Shown one piece after another: positions 24,736-38,144 of a stretch of 64,000 nucleotides of DNA; position 1 is the first letter of the stretch, and every line of letters starts with the position of its first letter. Made by a program: the position numbers and the translations under genes. The notes below the pieces were generated by a model. The model had not been told where the DNA came from, searched no databases, and was given only the letters and a program-made list of their open reading frames with translations. The DNA is from Eledone cirrhosa (Eukaryota): contig OZ024747.1 in assembly GCA_964016885.1 (NCBI GenBank), forward strand, positions 73,036,001-73,100,000, given 5' to 3'.

Positions 24736-25468
24736 ATTTGACGCATTAGATAATTATGTGTTCTTTAGTTTCTCCAGATTATCTCTGTTGAATCAAGTAA
24801 TGATGTAATGTAGGTTTGTTGTATTACATGCTACACGGTACTTTCAGTAGAAAAGAGACTAGAATATTCTGATGACTCTGCATTATCAGACTCTATTATT
24901 TAAGACAGACTTTAATTTTTCTCAAAAGGTCGCCATTGTCTCGTTTGTTGATTAAAAATTTTGCAAGGATAACAGAAAATAATTGTCTAGAGTTTCTTCG
25001 TTATTTATTAATTTTATCATATTTCTGAAGCCCGTTGAAGTTAAATTTAGAAATGTCTATTTTTTTTTGTTTTTTGACGTCATGATGTGTCTGTTTCCTC
25101 CAATAGTTGCTTACATTGAGGAACATAGAAAAAAGAGAGAGAAAACACACTCAGACAACAAACACTCACACCCACACAAACACACACACATCCACAAACA
25201 CACACACACACATATAAACACACTCACAAACACACGCACATACACTAACAAACACCCCACACACACTCATAGAAGCACACACACATACACATACACAGAA
25301 ATGCACACACATACGCACAAACACACAAACACACAAACACACACAGAAGTACACACATACACATACACATGAACACATACACAGACATAGACACACACAC
25401 AGAAGCACACACAGAGAATCAAATACACATGCACTCAAAAACACACACACAAACACACAAACACACAG

Positions 25469-25503
<35 letters not shown>

Positions 25504-27337
25504 TACACACACACATTCACACACAGACACTCACACGCATACACACATTCACACACAGAGTGAGAGCATATTTCTATAAGATTTGCCTTTACATCAAGAT
25601 CGGTGGCTGAGAACCTAAGGATATATTGAACTAAATCAATATAAGGATATATTTATGGAACTAAATCTACCAAATTACAACTAAAACAAACATACTGAAA
25701 TCTATAAAATCCCTCAAAGATTAAATGGAATTTAAAATCGTCGTTTGAAACGTTAAACCTTGTCAATGTCCATTCCTTGCCTAACCAGATCTGGCCTTCT
25801 TTACTATTTTCTTCTTGATTTTTCGTTATTTATTTTTTTAAAATCTTTTCTTTTAATGTTTCCACCATTGTATAATAATTTCTGTTTGTAAAATATAGTT
25901 TACATAATATGTTTATGTATAACAGATATCAAAATATAAATATATATTGCGACAGAAAAAAAAAAAAAAGAAAAAATTGGGAAAATAACCCCAAAACCCT
26001 CCTTATTTAATCTTATCTCTTCCATTGACTAACAAAGCATCGCAGTAATTCCTGACACTAGATATCTCGTTCGTGCTTTATTCAAAGTCTAGCTACTCAC
26101 ATATATCCGTCCTTTCAAATGGATATCATTTTTCGTACAGGTATTAAGTTTGATTTAATTAAAAAATGCCAATTATTTCAACTATTCTTTCTAACTCAAG
26201 AAGATTTTGGTTGTTGATTTAATTTTAATTGATCTCCAGATTAATCCGCTGACTTAGCTAAAAATCTACCTGTTTATTAAAACCTAACTTTTGTATTCAT
26301 CCATATTGTTTTTCGAAATCGACGTTGTGATTGGCATGTTATGATCCATATTTTAATTAACAAAATCCGATCGTTCATATAACCGCAATTATATTTGTAT
26401 GGACAAACCACGTGTAATTATGTTAATGCTCTTTGCTTTTCAGATATGTTTTCTGTAAGTCGTTTTAGTGTTTAGATACTAGACTAATACTCATTGCTAG
26501 AGACAGATTTGAATTTAGACAGCTCTGGTTATTGTTGTGTGTGTTGTTTAGCTTCAAATCATTTGTTTTGTATTCTCAGCTTGTTTGTGAGCTTCGTCAG
26601 ACAGTATCGTACAGTCGTCACTATATTTAATATACTAAGTAAGGTATTTGTCAGAACTTCCTTTAATGAGTCCTTTGAAGACACAGATATATCCTCTTCC
26701 CCTCGTGAGACAAAACTAATTTAGTTTTCTCCGTAACGGGATTTTTAGATATTTTCGTGTGAAAGAAGATACAGTTCCTCTGAACTCAATGTTGCCACTG
26801 ATTCGTTCCAGACTCCACTTCCTCTCGAAAAACCAAACCTTGGAGACAACACGTTCTTCTCTGCAAAAGAAAGGCGGTGTATCGGTCTTCATAATTGACT
26901 CATCTGATAGCCGGATCCGATAGCTGGTATTTCATTTATCGATCCAAACAGACTGAAAACAAACCTGTTGTTGTTGAATAAATGTATCCATACGTGTCTC
27001 TCCTTTTGTAATGCAGCAAAGTAAATTTTGATATAGATTTGACTGTTCTTTCTGGTAGATGAAGCAGCGTGTTATTTGATATCAGTGACAATGCTGTCAC
27101 ATGGTACATCAAATAGATTGTTCTTATATAACATGAAAAGACCGAATGTGTTGTTGGCCTGGCTGTGTTCTCAGATTAGTTTTATAACTAGATACAACCA
27201 ACCAGAAAGATAAACTGGATCAATGATATTGTGTAGTGTGTTCAGATTTTGCTGGAGGTGTATATATGTTTATATACATATATATTACTCTCTCCCTTTC
27301 TCTCACATACACACACACACACATATATATATATATA

Positions 27338-27852
<515 letters not shown>

Positions 27853-27974
27853 GAGTGAGAGGGGATAGGTAAAATCCCCACTGCGGCCTCCCCGATCTCA
27901 CCACCGCAGACTCTCTCTCTCCCCCCTATCCCCCTCTCCACCTCTCCCCCCCTCTCTCTCTATATATATACACA

Positions 27975-28176
27975 CGAGAGTAGACTGAAAAGTTAATAGG
28001 CTGACTATGAAGGAACGATGCTAGTGTTGTGAAATCTTGCATTAATTCCAACTCTTCTTATTATCTTATTAATAACTGCATTGTTTCTTTCTAGGAACTA
28101 TGTTGAAAAATAAACCTCATTTGGTCATTCCATGAGAGTATCTTGGTCATCCCATGAACTTTTCAGCCTAACCTCG
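27975..28176. mobile_element. mariner/Tc1-derived MITE
   Basis: Terminal inverted repeats CGAGAGTAGACTGAAAAGTT / AACTTTTCAGCCTAACCTCG, followed by TA. A second copy is at 36116-36660. Confidence 0.75.
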
Positions 28177-28269
28177 TATATGTGTGTGTATATGTGTATG
28201 AGTGTGTGTATATGTGTGCACGTGTATGCGTGTGTGTATATGTGCGTGCATGTGTGTATATACAGTCAC

Positions 28270-28968
28270 TGAGCACGTGTGTATGGGAGCCTTGGTGCTT
28301 CCGGCAACGAATGATTCAGTTGTTTGGTCAATGGAACAGCTTGCTCATGAAAGTGGCTGAGTATTCGTAGACACATGCATGGCTGGTCCTTTGACACACA
28401 GGTACTTGGCTGGTCCTTTGACACACAGGTACTTGGCTGGTCCTTTGACACACAGGTACTTGGCTGGTCCATTGACACACAGGTACTTGGCTGGTCCTTT
28501 GACACACAGGTACTTGGCTGGTCCTTTAACACACAGGTACTTGGCTGGTCCTTTGACACACAGGTACTTGGCTGGTCCTTTAACACACAGGTACTTGGCT
28601 GGTCCTTTGACACACAGGTACTTGGCTGGTCCTTTGACACACAGATACTTGGCTGGTCCTTTGACACACAGGTACTTGGCTGGTCCTTTAACACACAGGT
28701 ACTTGGCTGGTCCTTTAACACACAGGTACTTGGCTGGTCCTTTAACACACAGGTACTTGGCTGGTCCTTTGACACACAGGTACTTGGCTGGTCCTTTAAC
28801 ACACAGGTACTTGGCTGGTCCTTTAACACACAGGTACTTGGCTGGTCCTTTAACACACTGTATTGGACTGGAGTAATGTGAAATAAAGTGTCTTGATCAA
28901 GGCCACCGGGAATCAAACTCATTTCCTAACGATTTTGAGCCGAACATCATAACCACTAAACGACGTGC
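28270..28968 (-). mobile_element. SINE (family-2-related head) containing an expanded 27-bp minisatellite
   Basis: GGACTGGAGTAATGTGAAATAAAGTGTCTTG..CAAGG..GGGAATCAAACTC head to the right of the array, SINE-like body to the left. Confidence 0.65.
28381..28857. repeat. 27-bp minisatellite GGCTGGTCCTTTRACACACAGGTACTT, about 17.7 copies
   Basis: Direct reading. The 9-aa periodic ORFs on both strands reflect the unit length. Confidence 0.97.
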
Positions 28969-29041
<73 letters not shown>

Positions 29042-29044
29042 TTC

Positions 29045-29522
29045 ACTGTACTATACTATACTGTACTATACTATACTGTACTATACTTTACTATACTATA
29101 CTGTACTATACTATACTGTACTATACTATACTGTACTACATTGTAATCTAATGTACTGTACTATATTGTACTGTACTACGTTGTACTGTACTGTATTACA
29201 CCGTATTGTACTGTACTATACCACATTGTACTGTACTGTACTATACCACACTGTACTGTACTATACTGTATTGTACTGTACTGTACTGCACTATACCACA
29301 TTGTACTGTACTGTACTATACCACACTGTACTATACTGTACTGTACTGTACTGTACTGCACTATACCACATTGTACTGTACTGCACTATACCACATTGTA
29401 CTGTACTGTACTATACCACACTGTACTGTACTATACTGTACTGTACTGTACACCACTGTACTATACTCCACTGTACTGTACTATACAGCTACTGTACTGT
29501 ACTATACAGGTACTGTACTACA
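29045..29522. repeat. Pentanucleotide satellite (TACTG/TACTA)n with higher-order variants
   Basis: Direct reading. Confidence 0.95.
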
Positions 29523-29955
29523 GGAACTGCTCAATATGTCTTAAATATTTGAATTCCTTTAACTTTTCCACAAATAAATACAGACGCTCCATTGAACCCC
29601 CCCCCCCCACACACACACACTAAAAGCACAAAAAAAAAACAAAGAAGAAAAATAACAACTACCAACATAAATCATCCAACTTTTCACTTTGTTCTTATAT
29701 TCTTGTTCAGACGGAATCTCCTAACAAGTGTCAAATGGTAATCAATAAATTTCTCCTATCATTGTGACAAAGCTTTCCAATACACTCTTTATTCAGGGAT
29801 AGTTTCAGTGAAACAAGCAATTCCCTTGATATCTTCGTTAAAAACCATCTTCGTTTTATTATCGAACAGAATGAAATGAAAAAATAATTTTTTCCTTTAC
29901 AGTTTCGGTTATCGTTAGCAAGGAATGTAGCCATGTTTGAAGATCGATAAAATAA

Positions 29956-30042
<87 letters not shown>

Positions 30043-30269
30043 CCCACCTATCTATCGGCCTGCCAGTCTGTCTGTATGTCTATATAAGTATATCTTTATT
30101 TCTCACTCACCCTGTTACTTTGTTGCTTTGTCGGTCTATACTCCCCCCCCATCTCCCCCCCCCCCCCACACACACACATACACACGCGCACATATATATA
30201 TATATGTATTGATTCCGTTCCTTCTTGTCATTCTCTATCTTTCTATTTCATCTTTTATTTCTCATTCGA

Positions 30270-30303
30270 TCTTCTGATGATCGACTAGTGTCTGAAACGT
30301 TGA
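30270..30303 (+). ncRNA. Degenerate family-B hammerhead in a pLTR-like module (about 30255-30378)
   Basis: TCTT-CTGATGA-tcgactagtgtct-GAAA-CG-TT-GA, followed by the shared TATCAAGCGTTA..CTAA.ATATCTC flank. Confidence 0.65.
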
Positions 30304-30389
30304 CTCTTTTTTTACTGTATCAAGCGTTAGACTAACATATCTCCTCATTCTTTCTTATCACTGTGTACCTTTTGTATACACACACACAA

Positions 30390-30432
<43 letters not shown>

Positions 30433-30433
30433 C

Positions 30434-30501
<68 letters not shown>

Positions 30502-32649
30502 ACGTGTGTATCTATGTTTTTATCTATAAAAGATGACGTGATATTTACAGCCTAAAAACCATAGGTTTGCTCAATAGAACCTAACCACGAGCTCAAAGAA
30601 ATAAACCAGTTTTCGTCTCAATTTAAATTATGCTCCATCGCATCTGCCGTTTTCATATACACGCACGTGATAACATAACTCGAATACATCACTGAAAAGG
30701 TTTGGAAATGATAATATTTTTCTGCTATTACGTTTTAATCAATCATATGAAAGAAATGAGGAATTAATATTCCATCCCACACTGACACAAAGGCACTCAC
30801 TCCATTACACGCTTAAGAGTTCCCTTTTTTGTATTTTTTTTATTTTTTATTAATAACGAACCCTTTAATCTTTCTTGCCAAAATTCAATGCTACTCCTTT
30901 TAGTTTTACCGTGAAACTAACATTCAGTACTTTTCATGTAACAGCTGGCATAAATTCCTTTAGAATGAAGAAACCCAATATCTAGCAACATTTCACGTTC
31001 TTACTATCCAGCCATTAAACTCATCCATCATTATATGTTCTTGCTATGGTGAACTGCATTTCATTTCTTGTTATTTAGATTAACTAAATAGAGTTTGCAA
31101 ATTTATATTCTTTTCTAACACAATGTAATTCTTATCAAGAGAAATTTCAGTATTTTCCTTCACAAAAATCCAATCTCAAAACAAAATCCAGTTTACTCAG
31201 TATATTTTAAGGTAGTCATGTTTATTACTATCTAAGTTTCATGTCCGGAAGTTTATCAGGCCGGTGTTTATCCTTGTTTCTGTGGCGTGAAGCGACTAAG
31301 AGTACAAGACCCCTTACTAGCCAGGACATCACTCCAAAGCATGGTTAAACCCCAGCTATTGCTTGCACTCATTTTCAGCTGAGTATACTGGAGCAACGCG
31401 AAATGAAATGTTTTGCTCAAGAGCACAATACACAACCCGGCCTAGGAATCTAACCCACGACATTATGATAGTAAGACCAACACCCTTACCACTATACCAC
31501 GCGCCTTCAATTATTACAAATGCCATACAATGTTTTGGAGACGACACAATGCACTACCAATTGATTTGATCTCAAACATTACTAGTATTTATTTTCAGCA
31601 ATCGTGACAGGGTAAAAGATAACAGAACTGCCCTAGATTTGAACGTAAAAATGTGAAGCACCAAGTTAGTATTCTAAAAGAACCTAATTTAGCAATCTAC
31701 CTTTTGTGCCGCCTTTCAATAGATTATTATAAACAATAAGACTGAGGCTACGCTGGTGTAATGCTTTCTAATGTATACCAGTTACCTCAACCCCAGTGTT
31801 ATGTAGACTGGTATCTTAGCGCCTGCTTAAAGTACCAACAGCTGCCGTTTCTTAGGTACTTTATTTCATCCAATTTGGAAGGATGACATACGAAGTTGTT
31901 TTCAGAGAGATGTGAATCTTGCAAGGATGAAATCAAAGCGAACTGGAGGAAAAGGTATGTAGTCACACACTAGAATATATTCCGTTCGACATTCTAGCGT
32001 TCTGCAAAATATTGGTTTCTGATTTAGGCACAAGGCCAGCAATTTTGGTGGAAGGGGAAAGTCGATTAAATCGACCCCAGTGCACTACTGGTACTTTATT
32101 TTATCGACCTCGTAAGGTTTAAAAACAAAGCTAACCTCGACGAGATTTGAAATGAGAAGATAAAGGACCATAACTCTATGCTACGAAGCAGGGTGTCCGA
32201 CGCTCTACTGCTTACTGCCAACCCACCACCCTCCGATTCTGCCAGATATTAAAAACATATATAATTTGTTATTTCCTTTATTTTCTAGTGTATTATTTCT
32301 CAAATATATTGGTTAGAATGCTAGACATTTCAATTAGAAGAATGGTGTTGTCCAAAGACAATAAATATTTTACTTGAATAAATGAAAATGTAATGGCTGT
32401 ATCAATAAATATTTCCCCTCCATACATCAATCCATCTTTGTAACGTTTCTTTAATTTTGTACAACAAATACCTAGCAATAATTAGACACCATCTCATCTG
32501 CTTGTTTGTTTACTTGTCTCTCGTTATTAATATATGTACTCTTTCCCTCTGTTGTTACCCTCTGTCTCTCTCTCTACCTCTCTCCACCTGGCAATCTGGC
32601 AATGAATTTATGGTCTGACATCTGTTTGTCTGTATACATACTTACATAC

Positions 32650-32756
<107 letters not shown>

Positions 32757-32853
32757 GCGAGGGAGAGAGAGAGAAAGTATCGAGAGAGAGAAGAAGAGAT
32801 AGGCGATACATGACCCCATTAGGGGTCATGTAAGGAACGCTTTTTAATTTTTT

Positions 32854-32895
32854 ATGCCCTTGAGAAGCCCAGTCGGGCGAAACGTACGTAGGTGC
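32854..32895 (+). ncRNA. Hammerhead motif (family F, U3-A8 covariant core)
   Basis: TTGAGAA-GCCC-agtc-GGGC-GAAA-CGTACG-TA-GG, with palindromic ACGTACGT stem III and a GUA triplet. Stem I is weak. Confidence 0.65.
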
Positions 32896-32948
32896 TATTT
32901 TAAATAAACATGTTTTAACGGTTTGTTCTCCTTTATATATTTCTACAC

Positions 32949-32982
<34 letters not shown>

Positions 32983-32983
<1 letters not shown>

Positions 32984-33284
32984 CTTATATATAATTCCCG
33001 TTCTGTGTGTGTGTGTAAAAGAGTTTCACTTGGAAAATATTCCATCGATCTCTGTCAAATTAAACACATAGCCAAAATAGGCTACGGTCTGTAACATCAA
33101 GAAAAAATTATTTCATAATGATTTCATAATGACGGCCATAAAGAGAGAGAGCGTTCCTTTTACACACTTCTTAACTCTCCCCCTTCTATAACACGACGTT
33201 AGGGGATTGTATGTGTATGTGCGTGTGTATATGTGTGTGTATGTGTGTATGTGTGTATGTGTGTATGTGTGTATGTGTGCGTGC

Positions 33285-33320
<36 letters not shown>

Positions 33321-33582
33321 TTCCATAACGGCCAGAGAGAGAAGGATGTGTGAGAGGGAGATAGAAAGAGAGGAGTGCGAGAGAGAGAGAGTAAAATAAA
33401 GAAAGAAAGAGAGGAGTGTCGTGACGCGAATATGATAAATACAGCGTTTCATTTTTTTTTATTGAAAGAGTTAATCAGGTAAAATTATCCTCCAAGTTAA
33501 ACATACAACACGGAAATTGACCATTAACATTGCAGCCCTACCAAGAACTGACACCGTCCAATGGACGGGGGTCATTTGCTAG
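32983..33582 (+). mobile_element. Non-autonomous Helitron
   Basis: 5' A|TC start, subterminal hairpin CCGTCC-aat-GGACGG, 3' CTAG|T end, internal microsatellites. Confidence 0.75.
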
Positions 33583-33601
33583 TATATATATATATATATA
33601 T

Positions 33602-33790
33602 ATTAATAAAAGGAATTCCAATTTTGTCTGATCTACTCGTTTTATTTACAATCCTTTAAAATTTATAATGATATTATAATGAAATAGTATGGTAGAATAT
33701 AAAATGTTAAGTGTTAATTGAACAAGTACTTTCATGCTTTCGCAATCTTCAGGTTCATATTCAGTGGTGACAGTCAAGTTTGCAATTTTT
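33602..33790 (-). mobile_element. pLTR-like module (family C) with a hammerhead at 33719-33757
   Basis: Minus strand reads TGAAC-CTGAAGA-tTGC-gaaa-GCAt-GAAA-GTAC-TT-GTTCA, with palindromic AGTACT stem III. Homologous to 48398-48585. Abuts (TA)n. Confidence 0.8.
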
Positions 33791-33858
33791 AAGAGAGAGA
33801 GAAACAAAAAAGGAAAAATATATATTTTTCTTCCTAATAATCGTCTCTTTCTCCCTGT

Positions 33859-33919
<61 letters not shown>

Positions 33920-33932
33920 AAATGTATGTATG

Positions 33933-34004
<72 letters not shown>

Positions 34005-34014
<10 letters not shown>

Positions 34015-34432
34015 AGATCAAAAGATGGTTAAAGGAGTTCCATGTATTTTATTATGCGCATTTCAAAAACAAACATCATCATGCAATAATATTTGTGTTT
34101 TCATCAGATAAAACATGAGAACATGATATGAAGGCTAAAAAACACTTGTGGATAGTGCAGTTTTAAATCAACATATCATATGTTGATTTAAAACTGCACT
34201 ATCCACAAGTGTTTTTTAGCCTTCATATCATGTTCTCCTGTTTTATCTGATGAAAACACAAATATTATTGCATGATGATGTTTGTTTTTGAAATGCGCAT
34301 AATAAAATACATGGAACTCCTTTAACCATCTTTTGATCTTATATATTATGTATACTCCAGTCCTACAAACTGTAGAGTGCTTCTTATCCGATATCTGCAT
34401 TACTTTATTGTACTACAATAAAACTCACCTCC

Positions 34433-34435
<3 letters not shown>
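34005..34435. mobile_element. Family-D palindromic pLTR pair (arms about 172 bp, centre 34177) plus a tail of about 85 bp, in (TA)n; one hammerhead per arm (34045-34115 minus, 34239-34309 plus)
   Basis: Near-perfect inverted repeat with one visible mismatch. Motif is TGTTTTAT-CTGATGA-[long stem II]-GAAA-TGCGCA-TA-ATAAAATA. Confidence 0.85.
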
Positions 34436-34467
<32 letters not shown>

Positions 34468-34678
34468 TTGCACTATATATATATATATATGTATATATAT
34501 ATGTGTGTGTGTATGTGTGAGAGTGTGTAAGTGTATGTATAACAATAACATTCACAAGTCATCAACAGAGTATATACATCAGTTCATCTGAGTGAAATAT
34601 AATGTAACTATCTGCTAGTTTTCAACGAATAATTATAAATAATTATAAATAACTTTGAGCTATGACATAAATCTAACA

Positions 34679-35015
34679 TCTATATATCTAAAACAGAGAA
34701 TCTCTGTCTACATGTCTGTCTGTCTGTCTGTCTGATTCCCTAAAACTCGAGAACCACCCAACCGATTGTTTTAAAACTTTACACATGTAATACGTATGTT
34801 CCTGTGAGTGTTTTGAGAAAAAAGAATTCAAATTTTCAATGCCCTTGGGACCGCATTAGGCCATTTAGCGATCTCTCTTTATAATTCTTAGTCTTTCTTT
34901 TTAGATAGATACATAGATATAACGTTGCGCCCTTATAATATCTGTTTGTATTTCTGGCTGTCTGCATTACGACATTATGACGTTATATGTGTGTGTGTAT
35001 ATATGTATATATATA

Positions 35016-35071
<56 letters not shown>

Positions 35072-35820
35072 TGTAACCATTTTCAAAATATTTACTTCTG
35101 CGTTGACAGATTGATTTTGTTAGTTTCAGAAGATCCCGTTAAGGGTGAAAGCAGCGATTCTTTGCTTAAACTTTAATCCAGGGATTAAACGGGATTTTCT
35201 GAAACTAAAAAAATCAATCTGTCAAGTACTATAACAAGTACTATATATATATATATATAATTATATATTCCTGTACAGATATTTTTGCATACACAGTAAC
35301 AAAATATAAACAAAAGTATTTATTTTGCGATAAAGTATTAATTTTCTTCGCACGGAAAAAACCCTGGTATCTACGACGAATTATTTTTATAAGCAAAAAA
35401 TGTAGACACCATCCCGAGGCCGAGGTATTCCGTACTTCTCTGTACTGTTTCAGAAATGAGGGATAAACATGCCAATCTATGTTTAGAATCCCGAGTAACG
35501 CCGGGCCATTTTAATATATATATAATTATATATTCGTGTACATATAGTTTTGCATACACAATAACAAAATATAAACAAACGTATTTATTTCACGAGGCTC
35601 GATAGCAGCAAAAACAACAACAAAAAAGAGAGGGAACGCAATTACATGCTTTTGAAAAATCTTAATGGAAAATTATTTGCCTATTCACCCAAGGCGACTT
35701 CACTTTTTATTAGGACTTCTGCATCAGTTGGTGAACATACGACGAAACTGTTTCAGAAAGGAGAGATAAACGTGCCAATCTATGTTTAGATTCCCGTGCA
35801 ACGCCGGGCCATTCTGCTAG
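34679..35820 (+). mobile_element. Non-autonomous Helitron with duplicated 3' module and a nested family-E module
   Basis: 5' A|TCTATATAT, (TCTG)n, 3' CCCGTGCAACGCCGGG hairpin and CTAG|T. An internal copy of the 3' end lies at about 35443-35510. Confidence 0.75.
35122..35172 (+). ncRNA. Hammerhead-like motif (family E) in a module at 35069-35235 with a short inverted arm at 35185-35225
   Basis: AGTTT-CAGAAGA-tCCC-gttaa-GGGt-GAAA-GCAgcgattcttTGC-TT-AAACT. All three stems can form. Confidence 0.65.
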
Positions 35821-36115
35821 TTAAGATATAAAACAAACACTACAATTCTCAGCTAGACCATATAAAGGTAGACGACATCTAAACAGCTTTTCTGTCTCCT
35901 TTTTTCTTGGTTTTCATTTCTCGTCTGTTTTCTTTTTTTTTTCTCCCCCAAACATTCTCTCTTTTCTTTGTCTCTAAATTGCTATGATGGACTAGCGTCA
36001 GAGACATTAAATTTGTTTTCTAATATATTTATATATAGAGAAAGATTGTAAGAAGTTAAGGTTTAACAGAATTTTATTGTAGTCGCTTGCGGTCACCGAC
36101 GTTAGTGAGATACCT

Positions 36116-36660
36116 GGAGGGTCGGCTAAAAGGTTCATTGGATGACCAAGATACTTTCACGGAATGACCAAATGAGGTTTACTTTTCAACATAGTCTCTG
36201 GAAAGAAACAATGCAGTTATTAATAAGGTGGTGAATTGTCAGAATCGTTAGAACGTCAGGTAGAATGCTTTGTGATATTTGTTCCAGTTCTCTGCTCTCT
36301 GAGTTCAAATCCCGACGAGGTCAACTTTATCTTTCATCCTTTCGAGGTCAATAAAAAAGTACCAGTCTAATACTAGGGTTGATTCCTCCTCTATATCTCA
36401 TTCTCACTTCTTCTCTCTCACTTTCTATCCTTCTTTGGAAGAAATCTGCTGTACTCAGGCCTTGAAAGAGATGGGCTCCGCCAGGCCTAAAAAGCCCTAG
36501 AAACGGCGTATGTCAATATGGTGCCCCTACGACTCCACCAGGAGTTACGAGACCAGATCATATCACTAATAAGAAAAGCTGAAATTAATGCATACAAGAT
36601 TTTACAGCTGTAGCATTACTCCTTCATAGACAGCCTATGAACTTTCCAGACCACCCTCCT
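36116..36660 (-). mobile_element. mariner-type MITE copy interrupted by a SINE
   Basis: The two halves match the reverse complement of 27975-28176. The SINE is flanked by a TAATAAG duplication. Confidence 0.75.
36227..36566 (+). mobile_element. Full-length SINE family 1 with target-site duplication TAATAAG
   Basis: TSD at 36221-36227 and 36567-36573. Confidence 0.85.
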
Positions 36661-36689
36661 ACTTCCGAGAAGTTATTTTCTTTCAAGAT

Positions 36690-37120
36690 AACATCTCCAT
36701 CACTCTTCCAAGTTTCTACCGTAATAGCAGAATCAAACCCTGGTGATTTATTGTTTTTCATATATTTTATGGCTTGTTTTGTCTCATCCAGAGACGGAAG
36801 ATCTGTTTCGACTGGTAGGTAGCGTTGAAGATGGAGATTGTAGCAATCTCACAGTTCAATAAATTATGAAAAACTGCTTGCATTCCTTGAGTAGCTCGTT
36901 TTCATCTTCGTATTGGTGGTGTTTCTTTTCTTGACCTTTCAACTTAGTCACTTGTCCTAGCCAGAAATAATATTAAAAATTTTCCAGCTGGTTTTGTAGT
37001 TTCCATTTTCGTCGGCTCTCTTCATTTGTTGACATAAGAATTCTTTTTCATCAGCAACATAGAAATCGTTCAACCGTATCTTTAGTTTCCTCCAGCAAAG
37101 TTTCAATTTCCGGGATTTTA
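36690..37120 (-). mobile_element. Degenerate RTE-type LINE, pre-RT region
   Basis: LPVETDLPSLDETKQAIKYMKNNKSPGFDSAITVE. Confidence 0.7.
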
Positions 37121-37735
37121 AATACAGGTACTTTGATCTGTAAATGCAAATATCAAAGACATCTTCAAGATATCAAATTATGCATCAGACACAATTTTCA
37201 AAAGAAAGTGTATTACATGATTTCATACATTGGCGGATAATGAATTTTTTCTACGACTTTATAGGAGAGTTAAAGACTAATTAAAATATATTTTCACTAT
37301 TAGACTACTTGTGAACATGTGACATCAGAGTAACGAACAATCATCCTAAAGTTCTGCGGTTTATGGCCCTCCATTGGGCTGGTGGCTAGGCTGCCATAAA
37401 TGTCTTTACGCTATTATAGTACTTGCGAATTAAGTGCTGTCAGGGCAACGGAGAACCAGTTGAAATACCTGTGGTTTATGACTGTAAATTGGGTCTTTGA
37501 CCAGTTAGCTTATCACTAATTGGTCAGTCCTTTCAGCGGTCAATGGTGTCATATTGTAGGAAGACATCCCGAGTCTAAGTAACAGTAACACAGGAAAATC
37601 AACAAGTTTTACCGTTAGCTTGTTGTATGAATGTAAACATATGGTTTGGATACTTTAGACCTGATAGAGCCCATCTCTTCTCCAGGTTTGAAGAGAGGTG
37701 ATTTCTATCTGAGGAGAGCTAGTATGTGTGTGTGT

Positions 37736-37810
<75 letters not shown>

Positions 37811-38024
37811 TGGTAGGGTCGACTCAAATATTTGACTGATAGTTTTCTTTATAGATCTCGAAAGGATGAAAGGCAAAGTTGACTCCTGAGAGAGCCGAAG
37901 CGAATAACACCAAATCTTCCACCGTTTTAATGACTGCCACTTTACCGCCTGTTAAATTGTAGAGCCGTGTTTAGTCATTTAGGACTATTAATTTTAGCAA
38001 GTCAAGCAACCACATACAATATTC

Positions 38025-38144
38025 CTTATTGACTTGCTGCTTCAATAGTAGTAAATTAACTATTATATCTTTTGTTATACCCTTATTGACTTGCTGCTTC
38101 AATAGTAGTAAATTATCTATTATATCTTTTGTTATACCCTTATA
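38025..38144. repeat. 57-bp tandem duplication
   Basis: CCTTATTGACTTGCTGCTTCAATAGTAGTAAATTA.CTATTATATCTTTTGTTATAC occurs twice. Confidence 0.9.

Noticed and set aside
28266-28922. Repeat-protein ORF or CRISPR-like array
   Set aside because: Head-to-tail 27-bp units with no unique spacers. Open frames on both strands are an artefact of unit length.
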